In this document: positions 9,158 through 17,160 of the stretch, one piece after another
Numbering within the stretch: the stretch's first letter is position 1
How the letters are laid out: the number at the start of each line of letters is the position of its first letter
Origin: Candidatus Sericytochromatia bacterium
GTDB taxonomy: Bacteria > Cyanobacteriota > Sericytochromatia > S15B-MN24 > UBA4093
Assembly (NCBI GenBank): GCA_036676495.1
Contig: JAKFCT010000001.1
Location: 26,335 to 90,334 of the forward strand
Length of the DNA stretch: 64,000 bases
Reading direction: 5' to 3'
Notes under the pieces: generated by a model
Databases searched by the model: none
The model's input: the letters and a program-made list of their open reading frames with translations, nothing else
Told to the model about the DNA's origin: nothing
Position numbers and translations under genes: made by a program

Positions 9158-10555
9158 ATGAGCCAGTACGACGTCGTCGTGATCGGCGCGGGCCCCGGCG
9201 GATACGTTTCCGCCATCCGCGCCGCCCAGCTGGGTCTCAAGACCGCGGTGATCGAGGACTCCAAGATCGCCGGCCTCGGAGGCGTCTGCAACCAGTGGGG
9301 TTGCATTCCCTCCAAGGCGGTCCTCAAGAACGCCACCGTCCTCCACACCATCAAGCACGCCGAGGCCTTCGGGATCACGGTGGAGGGCGTGAAGGCGGAT
9401 TACTCCAAGGCCATCGATCGCTCCAAGAAGATCGTCGACACCCAGGCCAAGGGCGTCGGCTTCCTCTTCCGCAAGAACAAGATCGACCTAATCGAGGAGC
9501 GCGGCCGCCTTGCCGGCAAGGGCAAGATCAAGCTCGAGCCCTCCGGCAAGGAGATCACGGCCAAGCACATCATCCTGGCGACCGGTTCGCGCCCGCGGGT
9601 CTTCTTCGACATGAAGCCCGACGGCAAGGTGGTCTTCACCGCCAAGGAGTTCCTGTCGATGCGGGACGTCCCCTCCAGCATGATCGTGCTGGGGGCCGGC
9701 GCCATCGGCATGGAGTTCGCCTACGTGCTCCAGAACTACGGCTGTCAGGTCACCATCCTCGAGATGGCCGATCGCCTGCTGCCCAAGGAAGACCCCGAGA
9801 TCTCGCAGGAGATTGAAAAGGCCTTCAAGAAGCTGGGCGTGAAGTTCCACACCAAGTGCAAGGTCGACAAGGTCGAGCAGAAGGCCGACGGCGTCACGGT
9901 GCATGTCACCGCGGCCGACGGTTCGAAGCAGACGTTCGAGGCCCCCCGCTTGCTCTCGGCCACGGGCATCATCCCCAACTCCCAGAACCTCGGTCTCGAG
10001 GAAACGGGGGTCAAGACGAATGCCCAGGGCTTCGTCGAGGTCGACGCGTCGATGCGGACCAACGTCGCGGGCGTCTACGCCATCGGCGATCTCACGGGCA
10101 AGTATCCGCTCGCCCATGTCGCGTCCGCGCAGGGCATCGTCTGCGTCGAGAAGATTGCGGGCCACCACCCGCAGCCGCTCGACTACAACAAGATGCCTTC
10201 GGCGACCTACTGCGAGCCGCAGGTGGCCTCGATCGGCCTCACCGAGCCCGACGCCAAGGCCAAGGGATATGACGTGAAGGTCGGCAAGTTCCCCTTCCGT
10301 CCCAACGGCAAGGCGCAGGGAATCGGGGAGATCGACGGTTTCATCAAGTTCGTGGTCGACGCCAAGTACGGCGAGATCCTGGGCATCCATATGGTGGGGC
10401 CCGAGGTCACGGAGATCCTGGGCGAAGCGAGCCTCGCGATGAACCTCGAGGCCACGGCCGAAGAGGTGGATATCACGGTGCACGCGCACCCGACCCTCTC
10501 CGAGGTGTTCAAGGAGGCGGCCTTGGCCGCCGTCGGTCAACCGATCCACATGTAG
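9158..10555 (+). CDS. lpdA: dihydrolipoyl dehydrogenase E3
   Basis: GAGPGG, GGVCNQWGCIPSK, HAHPTLSE. Confidence 0.96.
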   Translation: MSQYDVVVIGAGPGGYVSAIRAAQLGLKTAVIEDSKIAGLGGVCNQWGCIPSKAVLKNATVLHTIKHAEAFGITVEGVKADYSKAIDRSKKIVDTQAKGVGFLFRKNKIDLIEERGRLAGKGKIKLEPSGKEITAKHIILATGSRPRVFFDMKPDGKVVFTAKEFLSMRDVPSSMIVLGAGAIGMEFAYVLQNYGCQVTILEMADRLLPKEDPEISQEIEKAFKKLGVKFHTKCKVDKVEQKADGVTVHVTAADGSKQTFEAPRLLSATGIIPNSQNLGLEETGVKTNAQGFVEVDASMRTNVAGVYAIGDLTGKYPLAHVASAQGIVCVEKIAGHHPQPLDYNKMPSATYCEPQVASIGLTEPDAKAKGYDVKVGKFPFRPNGKAQGIGEIDGFIKFVVDAKYGEILGIHMVGPEVTEILGEASLAMNLEATAEEVDITVHAHPTLSEVFKEAALAAVGQPIHM

Positions 10556-10675
10556 CCCTCAGGAGCTGCCGGGAGGCGGCCTTGGCCGCCGTCGGTCAAC
10601 CGATCCACATGTAGCCCTCAGAAGCTACCGGGAGGCAGCGCTAGCTGCCGTCGGTCAACCGATCCCCATGTAGCC
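10513..10675 (+). repeat. 59-bp tandem repeat (about 2.75 copies) of the lpdA 3' end
   Basis: Units start at 10513, 10572, 10631: GGAGGCGGCCTTGGCCGCCGTCGGTCAACCGATCCACATGTAGCC... Confidence 0.95.
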
Positions 10676-10700
10676 GCGGCTCACCGGAGCGCGATTCCGC

Positions 10701-10733
10701 GAGAAGGTCCCCCCGTTTCGGGGGGACCTTCTC
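10701..10733. terminator. hairpin terminator between convergent transcripts
   Basis: 14-bp stem GAGAAGGTCCCCCC / GGGGGGACCTTCTC. Confidence 0.75.
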
Positions 10734-11186
10734 TCAGCTCCAGGGCAACTGCGCGGGCTGTGATTCACCTGGCGTCGATTGGCGACGCTCCCGCTGCTCT
10801 CTCAGCAGCGCCAGTTCGGTCTCGATGGCGTCGAGCCTCGCCGCGAACTCGTCCTGCCGGCGGTTCGCCCGCACGGCCAGGATGGTCGAGACCGTCGTCA
10901 GCCCGACCACCACTGCGGCGGGAATCACCGGAATGGCCGGAAAGAAGGGAATCACCGATTCGAGCTTCCGGCTCTTCTTCCATTCCCGGCTCGCGGTTTT
11001 CCGCAAGGGCTTGGCGGTATGCCGGGCCTCACGAACGCCGCGCGACCAGCTCGTACGCAGCCAGTGCTGCGCCCGATCCATGCCCCGGGTAATCAGCTGG
11101 TCTCCGACCATGGAGACCAGCAACGCAGGAACGGCGGTAGTCAAACGATCCGTCGGGCTGCGCCGACGGTTCAAGATCGTGGCCAT
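10734..11186 (-). CDS. hypothetical membrane/coiled-coil protein
   Basis: AGGAGG RBS; hydrophobic segment IPAAVVVGLTTVSTILAV followed by coiled coil. Confidence 0.65.
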   Translation of the reverse strand: MATILNRRRSPTDRLTTAVPALLVSMVGDQLITRGMDRAQHWLRTSWSRGVREARHTAKPLRKTASREWKKSRKLESVIPFFPAIPVIPAAVVVGLTTVSTILAVRANRRQDEFAARLDAIETELALLREQRERRQSTPGESQPAQLPWS

Positions 11187-11199
11187 CGGCCACCTCCTT

Positions 11200-11730
11200 T
11201 CAGCGGCGGATCAGGGTCTGAACCAGACGGAGGGTGCGGCTGGCCAGATCTCCGAGCGAATGCGACACGCCCTCAGCGGTTTCCTCGATGCGCTCCCGGG
11301 CCTCTCCGACGATGCTCTCCTCCGACTCCGATTCCTGGGCCTTCGCTTGGGGCTGCGCTTGTCCGCGCTCTTTCAGCTCCGCGGCATGCGTGGGAAGCCG
11401 ACGCTCTTGCCGGGGCTCGGTGGGGAAACCCGAATCCAGCCAGGCGTTCCAGCCGCCTTGGAGCGCTTCGGCGCAATAGCCCGCCGCCTGAAGGGCGTCC
11501 GCGACCTTGAGGGTGGCATCATCCTGTTCCTGGTTGCCGTAGACCACGATCTCGACGTCATGCCCCAGGTTGAAGAGATGCGGGTTGATGTCGCGGGCAT
11601 CGAGGTGAATGGCCCCGGGAATCATGCGATCGCTGTCGCAGAACCCTCCTCGCACGTCGATGAGCAGTAACGCCTGTCCCGCGTCCATCTTGCGCTTCAG
11701 GTCCCTGACCGAGAGGCGGTGCGTGATCAT
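11200..11730 (-). CDS. rhodanese-like domain protein
   Basis: LLIDVR, IPGAIHL, ALQGGWNAW; AAGGAGG RBS before ATG 11730. Confidence 0.85.
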   Translation of the reverse strand: MITHRLSVRDLKRKMDAGQALLLIDVRGGFCDSDRMIPGAIHLDARDINPHLFNLGHDVEIVVYGNQEQDDATLKVADALQAAGYCAEALQGGWNAWLDSGFPTEPRQERRLPTHAAELKERGQAQPQAKAQESESEESIVGEARERIEETAEGVSHSLGDLASRTLRLVQTLIRR

Positions 11731-11827
11731 CCAACACCTCCTTAGAGCCGTAAAAGTCACTCGAACGGCATGGCCCGAGCGCTCTGCGGTTCATCCTAGC
11801 CCAAGTCCGGCACGGATTCGAGCGTCG

Positions 11828-11880
11828 AGGAGGGGTTTATTGGCGCCGCTCGTTCGTTGCGATGGCAATAAACCCCTCCT
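11828..11880. repeat. 15-bp perfect inverted repeat with 23-bp spacer
   Basis: AGGAGGGGTTTATTG (11828-11842) / CAATAAACCCCTCCT (11866-11880). Confidence 0.9.
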
Positions 11881-11885
11881 ATGAT
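11857..11885 (+). promoter_or_regulatory. sigma70-type promoter
   Basis: TTGCGA-N17-TATGAT, 24 bp upstream of ATG 11910. Confidence 0.6.
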
Positions 11886-11909
11886 GGGGCGGAGTAGAAA
11901 GGAGCGCCC

Positions 11910-12821
11910 ATGCAGACGCTCGTGATCGGATCCGCCGGTTTCATCGGCAAGAGCCTGGTCCAGCGGCTCTCGGAAAACGGAATCCCGACGCGCTGGATGG
12001 TCGCTTCCCGGGCCAAGGTCCCGGACCTTCCCGGCGTGGAGGTCGTCGAGGGGGATCTCTACCAGGCCCGGGATCTGGCCCGCGCCATGCGGGGGGTGAC
12101 CCACGTGGTCCCGCTGGTCAGCATTCTGCGCGAGCGCCCCGGCCAGGACTTCACGCGCGTGCACGTCGAGAGCACCCGCCGGATCGTCGACGAGGCCCGG
12201 CGCCACGCCATCTCGAAGATCGTCCTGACCAGCGCCCTCGGGGCGAGCCTTCGGGCGCGCAGCCGCTACTTGAGCAGCAAGGGCGAGGCGGAACAGCTCG
12301 TGAAGGCTTCGGGATTGCCCTACGTGATCCTGCGACCGGCCGTGATCTTCGGGCGGGGCGACGAGTTCACGCGCATGCTCACGGATCTGATCCTCTCGAC
12401 CCCGGTGACCCCGGTGGTCGGGGCCGGCCGCAACCTCTACCAGCCCCTCTATGTCGAGGACTTCACCGAAAGCCTCTATCAAGCCGTCGTCCGGGACGAC
12501 GTGGTCAACGACATGATCTGCCTGGCGGGCAGCGATCGCCTCTCGTTCGACGACATGCTCAGGGCCTTGACCCAGGCGCTGGGGACCGATCGGTTCATTC
12601 TTCATTTTCCCGCGCAGGCCGTCGAGTGGCTGCTGCCTTGGGTCTCGCGCGCCATCCCCGATCTTCCCGTCACCCCGGATCAGCTCTTCCTGCTCACGCA
12701 CGACCAGACCTGCGACACCACCGAGATGCGGCGCCGCTTCGGCGTCGCGCCCCGGGGCTTTCGCGAGCTGATCGGCAGCTTGATCCGCCCCCTGCGCGAA
12801 CCCAGCCTGCCGCGCCGCTGA
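11910..12821 (+). CDS. NAD(P)-binding extended SDR, NDUFA9-like epimerase/dehydratase
   Basis: GSAGFIG, YLSSK, RPAVIFG, QPLYVED. Confidence 0.88.
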   Translation: MQTLVIGSAGFIGKSLVQRLSENGIPTRWMVASRAKVPDLPGVEVVEGDLYQARDLARAMRGVTHVVPLVSILRERPGQDFTRVHVESTRRIVDEARRHAISKIVLTSALGASLRARSRYLSSKGEAEQLVKASGLPYVILRPAVIFGRGDEFTRMLTDLILSTPVTPVVGAGRNLYQPLYVEDFTESLYQAVVRDDVVNDMICLAGSDRLSFDDMLRALTQALGTDRFILHFPAQAVEWLLPWVSRAIPDLPVTPDQLFLLTHDQTCDTTEMRRRFGVAPRGFRELIGSLIRPLREPSLPRR

Positions 12822-12865
12822 GGGACGCTTGGCGGCGCCCCTCCCGCGCTTCCGCAACCCCCTTG

Positions 12866-12880
12866 CGAGAATGATTCTCA
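12866..12880. promoter_or_regulatory. Fur-family box-like palindrome
   Basis: CGAGAAT-G-ATTCTCA, close to the 7-1-7 TGA(G/T)AATnATT(C/A)TCA box; followed by GGTAGAAT -10-like element. Confidence 0.6.
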
Positions 12881-12923
12881 AAATAGGGTAGAATGGGGCT
12901 GGATGCGAAAAGGAGGAACGGAC

Positions 12924-13022
12924 ATGACCATCTGCACCCGTTGCCGCCAGGCGATTCTGGCGACGCAGAAATCCACGAAGGGAATCGAGGGGAACGCGCA
13001 CCTCGGCTGTCTCCGCAAGTAA
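12924..13022 (+). CDS. 32-aa microprotein with CxxC-x18-HxxC metal-finger motif
   Basis: AGGAGG RBS; MTICTRCRQAILATQKSTKGIEGNAHLGCLRK; below ORF-track size cutoff. Confidence 0.7.
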   Translation: MTICTRCRQAILATQKSTKGIEGNAHLGCLRK

Positions 13023-13151
13023 ATGGATCAGCTGCTCACCGTCCTCATCGGGCTCACCTACGTCATCGGCCCCCTTTCCTTCGCGGCCATGGTCGTCGTC
13101 GGATGGCGCCTGGTCCAGGATTACCAGAAGAACCGGCGTGAACGCCCCTAG
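13023..13151 (+). CDS. 42-aa single-pass membrane microprotein
   Basis: ATG abuts upstream TAA; MDQLLTVLIGLTYVIGPLSFAAMVVVGWRLVQDYQKNRRERP; GC-ending codons; overlaps glcD start. Confidence 0.65.
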   Translation: MDQLLTVLIGLTYVIGPLSFAAMVVVGWRLVQDYQKNRRERP

Positions 13152-14568
13152 CCTACTCGACGACCTCCGCGACCTCCTCGGCGCCGACGGCGTCCTCTCC
13201 AAGCCGCACGAGCGGCTGGTCTACGACACGGATGCCTTCACCATCGCCCGGGGACGCCCGGACGTCGTGGTCCTTCCTCGGACCCCCGACGAGGTCGCCG
13301 CCGTCGTCCGTCTCGCCAGCAAATACGACCTCCCCCTCATCCCGCGCGGCGCGGGCACCGGCCTCTCGGGCGGCTGTATGGCTCCCCAGGGCGGCATCAT
13401 GATTGCCCTCACCCGCATGACGCGCATCCTCGCCCTCGATCCCCTCAACCGCTCCGCCCTGGTCGAAGCCGGCGTCGTCAACCTCACGCTCAGTCAAGCC
13501 GCCAGCCCCCACGCGCTTCACTTCGCCCCCGACCCCTCCAGCCAATCCGCCTGCACCCTCGGAGGCAACGTCGCCGAGAACGCCGGAGGCCCCCATACCC
13601 TCAAGTATGGCGTCACCACCAACCATGTGCTCGGTCTCGAGGTCGTCACCCCCGACGGAGACCTCGTCTGGCTGGGCGGCCCCGCGGAAGACGCCCCCGG
13701 CTACGACCTCCTGGGCCTCTTCGTCGGCTCGGAGGGCACGCTGGGCATCGTGACCCGCATGCTCCTGCGGCTCACCCCCAACCCTCCCGCGGTCCGGACC
13801 ATGCTCGCGGCGTTCGCGACCGTCGAGGACGCCTCCAACGCCGTCTCGAGCTTGATCGCCTCGGGCATCATCCCCGCCGCGCTCGAGATGATGGACCAGA
13901 CCATCGTCGAGGCCGTCGAGGCCGCCTTCGCCTTCGGCTTTCCCCAGGACGCGGGAGCCGTGCTCATCCTCGAGCTCGACGGGCTGGAAGCCGGCCTCGA
14001 TACCCAGGCCCAGCGGGCGATCGCCCTCTGCCGCGACGCCGGAGCCCGCGATGTCCGCATCGCCCAGGACGCCGCCGAGCGCGAGCGGCTCTGGCTCGCC
14101 CGCAAGAAAGCCATCGGCGCCGTCGGCCGCCTCGCCCCCTCCAAGGTCACCCAGGACGGCGTGATTCCCCGCACCCAGCTTCCCCGCGTCCTCTCAAGGA
14201 TCTCCGAGATCGGCGCGCGCCACGGCCTGCGCATCGCCAACGTCTTCCACGCGGGCGACGGCAACCTCCACCCCGTCGTCCTCTTCGACGAGCGAGATCC
14301 CGAGCAAGTCCAGCGCGTGCTGAAGGCCGGAGGCGAGATCCTCGACGTCTGTCTGGAAGCCGGAGGCTCGCTGAGCGGGGAACATGGCATCGGCATCGAG
14401 AAGCTCGATCACATGGCCCGGATGTTCGCCCCCGAGGACCTCGCGGCCATGCGCCGCGTCCGGGACGCCCTCGACCCCCGGCAGCGGATGAACCCCGGCA
14501 AGCTCGTCCCGACGCCGGGGGCCTGCTCCGAAAGCCCGCGCCTGGGAGTGCTGGGAGGATCACAGTGA
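13138..14568 (+). CDS. glcD: glycolate/D-lactate oxidase FAD subunit
   Basis: PRGAGTGLSGG, PDPSS, HAGDGNLHP, GEHGIG. Confidence 0.93.
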   Translation: MNAPSLLDDLRDLLGADGVLSKPHERLVYDTDAFTIARGRPDVVVLPRTPDEVAAVVRLASKYDLPLIPRGAGTGLSGGCMAPQGGIMIALTRMTRILALDPLNRSALVEAGVVNLTLSQAASPHALHFAPDPSSQSACTLGGNVAENAGGPHTLKYGVTTNHVLGLEVVTPDGDLVWLGGPAEDAPGYDLLGLFVGSEGTLGIVTRMLLRLTPNPPAVRTMLAAFATVEDASNAVSSLIASGIIPAALEMMDQTIVEAVEAAFAFGFPQDAGAVLILELDGLEAGLDTQAQRAIALCRDAGARDVRIAQDAAERERLWLARKKAIGAVGRLAPSKVTQDGVIPRTQLPRVLSRISEIGARHGLRIANVFHAGDGNLHPVVLFDERDPEQVQRVLKAGGEILDVCLEAGGSLSGEHGIGIEKLDHMARMFAPEDLAAMRRVRDALDPRQRMNPGKLVPTPGACSESPRLGVLGGSQ

Positions 14569-15755
14569 CGCGCCCCACCCTATCGAACGGGATTCCCCAG
14601 GCTCACGTCCTCCCCGAAACCCCCGCCGAGCTCGCCGAAGCGCTCCATGCCGCGGAAAAGGCCGGCGAGAGGCTGATCGTGGCGGGTAAGGGCCTGCGCC
14701 TGGATCAGGGCAACCCGGTCGTGGCCGACCGCATGGTGCTGACCACCCGGCTCGACCGGCTCATCGACTATCAGCCCGACGACATGACCATCACCGTCGA
14801 GGCCGGCATGACGCTGGCCCAGCTTCAGAGCATCCTGGAAGCGCATGGCCAGAGGCTTGCGCTCGACCCCGCCCATGCCGATCGCACGACCATCGGGGGT
14901 CTGGTGGCCGCCAACCCGGATGGGCCTTGGCGGGCGGCCTTTGGCACCGTTCGCGACCAGCTCTTGGGCATGACCGTGGCCACCGCGGACGGGACGCTCT
15001 TCAAATCGGGGAGCCGCGTGGTCAAGAGCGTCGCGGGCTACGACCTGCCCAAGCTGTTCACGGGCTCCTACGGCACCCTCGGGGCGATCGCCCAGGTGTC
15101 GTTGCGGGTTCGACCGTTGCCGACGGCGACCGGGGGCGTGCTAGCGCGTTTCGAGGACGTCGCCTCCCTGGAATCCGCGTGGCAGGGGCTGCGCCAGGCT
15201 CCCCTGGAGCCCTGTTTCTTCGAGGTCGGGGCGGATGCCCGCGGGGCCTTTCTCGCGATGGGCTTCGAGGGGGAGCCCGAGGCAGTGAGTTGGCAGCAAG
15301 CGGCCTTCGAGCGGATCGTGCATGCTCCCTGCGAGCGTTCCGACGACTCCCTACGGCACGAGCTCGCCGCGCGCGCGCATGCCGAGCATGCGCCGCTGCT
15401 GGTCAAGGTGGGCCTGCCGCCTGCCGAGGCGATGGGCTTCCTTTGCGACGCCCTCGGGGGCGTGGGGCGAGGCGGCAGCTGGAGCGGACATGCGGCCAAC
15501 GGCATCCTTTACGGCAGTTTCCCGGCTGCCGAGGGCTGGGAAATCCCCGGGGGGCGCGCCATGATTGCCACCTTGAGGGATCTGGCCGCCGAGCGAAAAG
15601 GGTACCTGGTCGTCCTCCGCGCTCCGGACGCCTGGAAGGAAGGTTGGGATGTCTGGGGACCGACGCGGTCGGACTTCCCCTTGATGAAAGCCTTGAAGCG
15701 GGCCTTCGATCCGCAGGGCACCCTCTCGCCAGGCCGCTTCGTCGGAGGGCTCTAG
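14565..15755 (+). CDS. glcE: glycolate oxidase FAD-binding subunit
   Basis: TIGGLVAAN, VVKSVAGYDL, FDPQGTLSPGR. Confidence 0.9.
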   Translation: MTRPTLSNGIPQAHVLPETPAELAEALHAAEKAGERLIVAGKGLRLDQGNPVVADRMVLTTRLDRLIDYQPDDMTITVEAGMTLAQLQSILEAHGQRLALDPAHADRTTIGGLVAANPDGPWRAAFGTVRDQLLGMTVATADGTLFKSGSRVVKSVAGYDLPKLFTGSYGTLGAIAQVSLRVRPLPTATGGVLARFEDVASLESAWQGLRQAPLEPCFFEVGADARGAFLAMGFEGEPEAVSWQQAAFERIVHAPCERSDDSLRHELAARAHAEHAPLLVKVGLPPAEAMGFLCDALGGVGRGGSWSGHAANGILYGSFPAAEGWEIPGGRAMIATLRDLAAERKGYLVVLRAPDAWKEGWDVWGPTRSDFPLMKALKRAFDPQGTLSPGRFVGGL

Positions 15756-15756
15756 C

Positions 15757-17025
15757 ATGATCGACACCCGCGACTGCATCCATTGCGGGCTCTGCCTCCC
15801 GGCATGCCCCACGTACGCCCTGACCGGCTCGGAGGTGGACTCCCCTCGCGGCCGGATCTACCTGATGCGCCACCTGCTCGAAGAGGGGCTTTCCTCGGAG
15901 CCCGACGCTTCACGGGCCGAGCTTTCGGCTCCCCTCGATCGCTGCCTGGGTTGCCGGGCATGCGAAACCGCCTGTCCGTCGGCTGTTCCCTATGGGCGCC
16001 TGCTCGAGCATGTCCGCTCCGAGGTGCTCCCGCCTCAGGGGAAGCGGGGCTGGAAGGCGCTGCTGGATCATGTGCTGACCCATCCCCGCCGCCTCCAGGT
16101 CGCCACGGCTCCATTGCGGCTGATGCGCCGGGTGGCGCCGGGTCTCGAGCGCGCCTTGCCCGCCGGTCTGCGGCGCCTCGCCGAGCTCACGCCGGACGCT
16201 CCGGCCCTTCCTCCGCTTCCCGAGAGGATTCCAGCCCAGGGGACGCGCAAGGGGGCGATCGCGTTATTGACCGGCTGCGCGATGGAGGCCCTCTACGGCG
16301 AGGTGAACCGCGCCACGGTGCGGGTGCTTACGCGCTCGGGTTACGACGTCCTGGTGCCGCGCTCCCAGGGCTGCTGCGGAGCGCTGCATGCCCATGACGG
16401 GGATGCGGCGCATGCGCGCGCCTTGATGCTGCGAAACGTCGCGGCCTTCCCGGTGGACGAGGTCCTGGCGATCGCCGTCACCTCCGCCGGCTGCGGGGCC
16501 GCCATGAAGGACTACCCGCATCTCTTGCCCTCCGAGCACCCGGACCATGCCCGGGTTGCGGCCTTCTCCGCCAAGGTGAAGGACGTCTCGGAGGTGCTCG
16601 CCATGATCGAGCTGCCGCCCATGACCCATGCGCTCTCCGGCAAGGCCACGTACCACGATGCCTGCCACCTGGCGCATGGCCAGAAGGTTCGCCGCGAGCC
16701 CCGCGACGTCTTGAAACAGGTGCCGGGACTCGACTGGGTCGACCTTCGCCAATCGGACTGGTGCTGCGGCGGCGCCGGCTCTTACGCGCTCTTGCAGCCC
16801 GACATGTCGAAGGCGCTGCTGGAGCGGAAGCTCGAGGCGATCGCCGAGACGGAGGCGCGCATCATCGTGACGGGCAACCCCTCTTGCCTGATGCAGATCG
16901 GCTCGGGGCTCGCGAGGTTGCCCGGATCCCCCGAACTGCTTCACACCGTCCAGGTCATCGACCGCGCCCTCAACGGCGATCCGCAAAGCGGCGCACCGCA
17001 AAGCAGCAAACCGCGTGGCGACTAA
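15757..17025 (+). CDS. glcF: glycolate oxidase iron-sulfur subunit
   Basis: CIHCGLCLPACP, CLGCRACETACP, two CCG domains. Confidence 0.92.
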   Translation: MIDTRDCIHCGLCLPACPTYALTGSEVDSPRGRIYLMRHLLEEGLSSEPDASRAELSAPLDRCLGCRACETACPSAVPYGRLLEHVRSEVLPPQGKRGWKALLDHVLTHPRRLQVATAPLRLMRRVAPGLERALPAGLRRLAELTPDAPALPPLPERIPAQGTRKGAIALLTGCAMEALYGEVNRATVRVLTRSGYDVLVPRSQGCCGALHAHDGDAAHARALMLRNVAAFPVDEVLAIAVTSAGCGAAMKDYPHLLPSEHPDHARVAAFSAKVKDVSEVLAMIELPPMTHALSGKATYHDACHLAHGQKVRREPRDVLKQVPGLDWVDLRQSDWCCGGAGSYALLQPDMSKALLERKLEAIAETEARIIVTGNPSCLMQIGSGLARLPGSPELLHTVQVIDRALNGDPQSGAPQSSKPRGD

Positions 17026-17065
17026 CCGCCACGCGGCGTCCCCACCGCCCGGCGGGTAAAGGGAT

Positions 17066-17140
17066 GTAAGCTTCGGTTAAGCTTCCTGGAAAAACGCAAG
17101 GCGGGACGCGAAGACTCCGATACCGTTAATGGGTCGTTAA
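17066..17140 (+). promoter_or_regulatory. sigma-28-like promoter flanked by TTAA-N7-TTAA boxes
   Basis: GCAAG-N15-TCCGATAC (17096-17123); GTAA-N7-TTAA 17066-17080; TTAA-N7-TTAA 17126-17140. Confidence 0.5.
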
Positions 17141-17160
17141 TTGGAGTCCAGGAGGTCCCG

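Noticed and set aside
10513-10675. Repeat cluster as a mini CRISPR array
   Set aside because: The repeat is the lpdA coding end, the 10-bp linkers are near-identical and too short for spacers, and there are no cas genes
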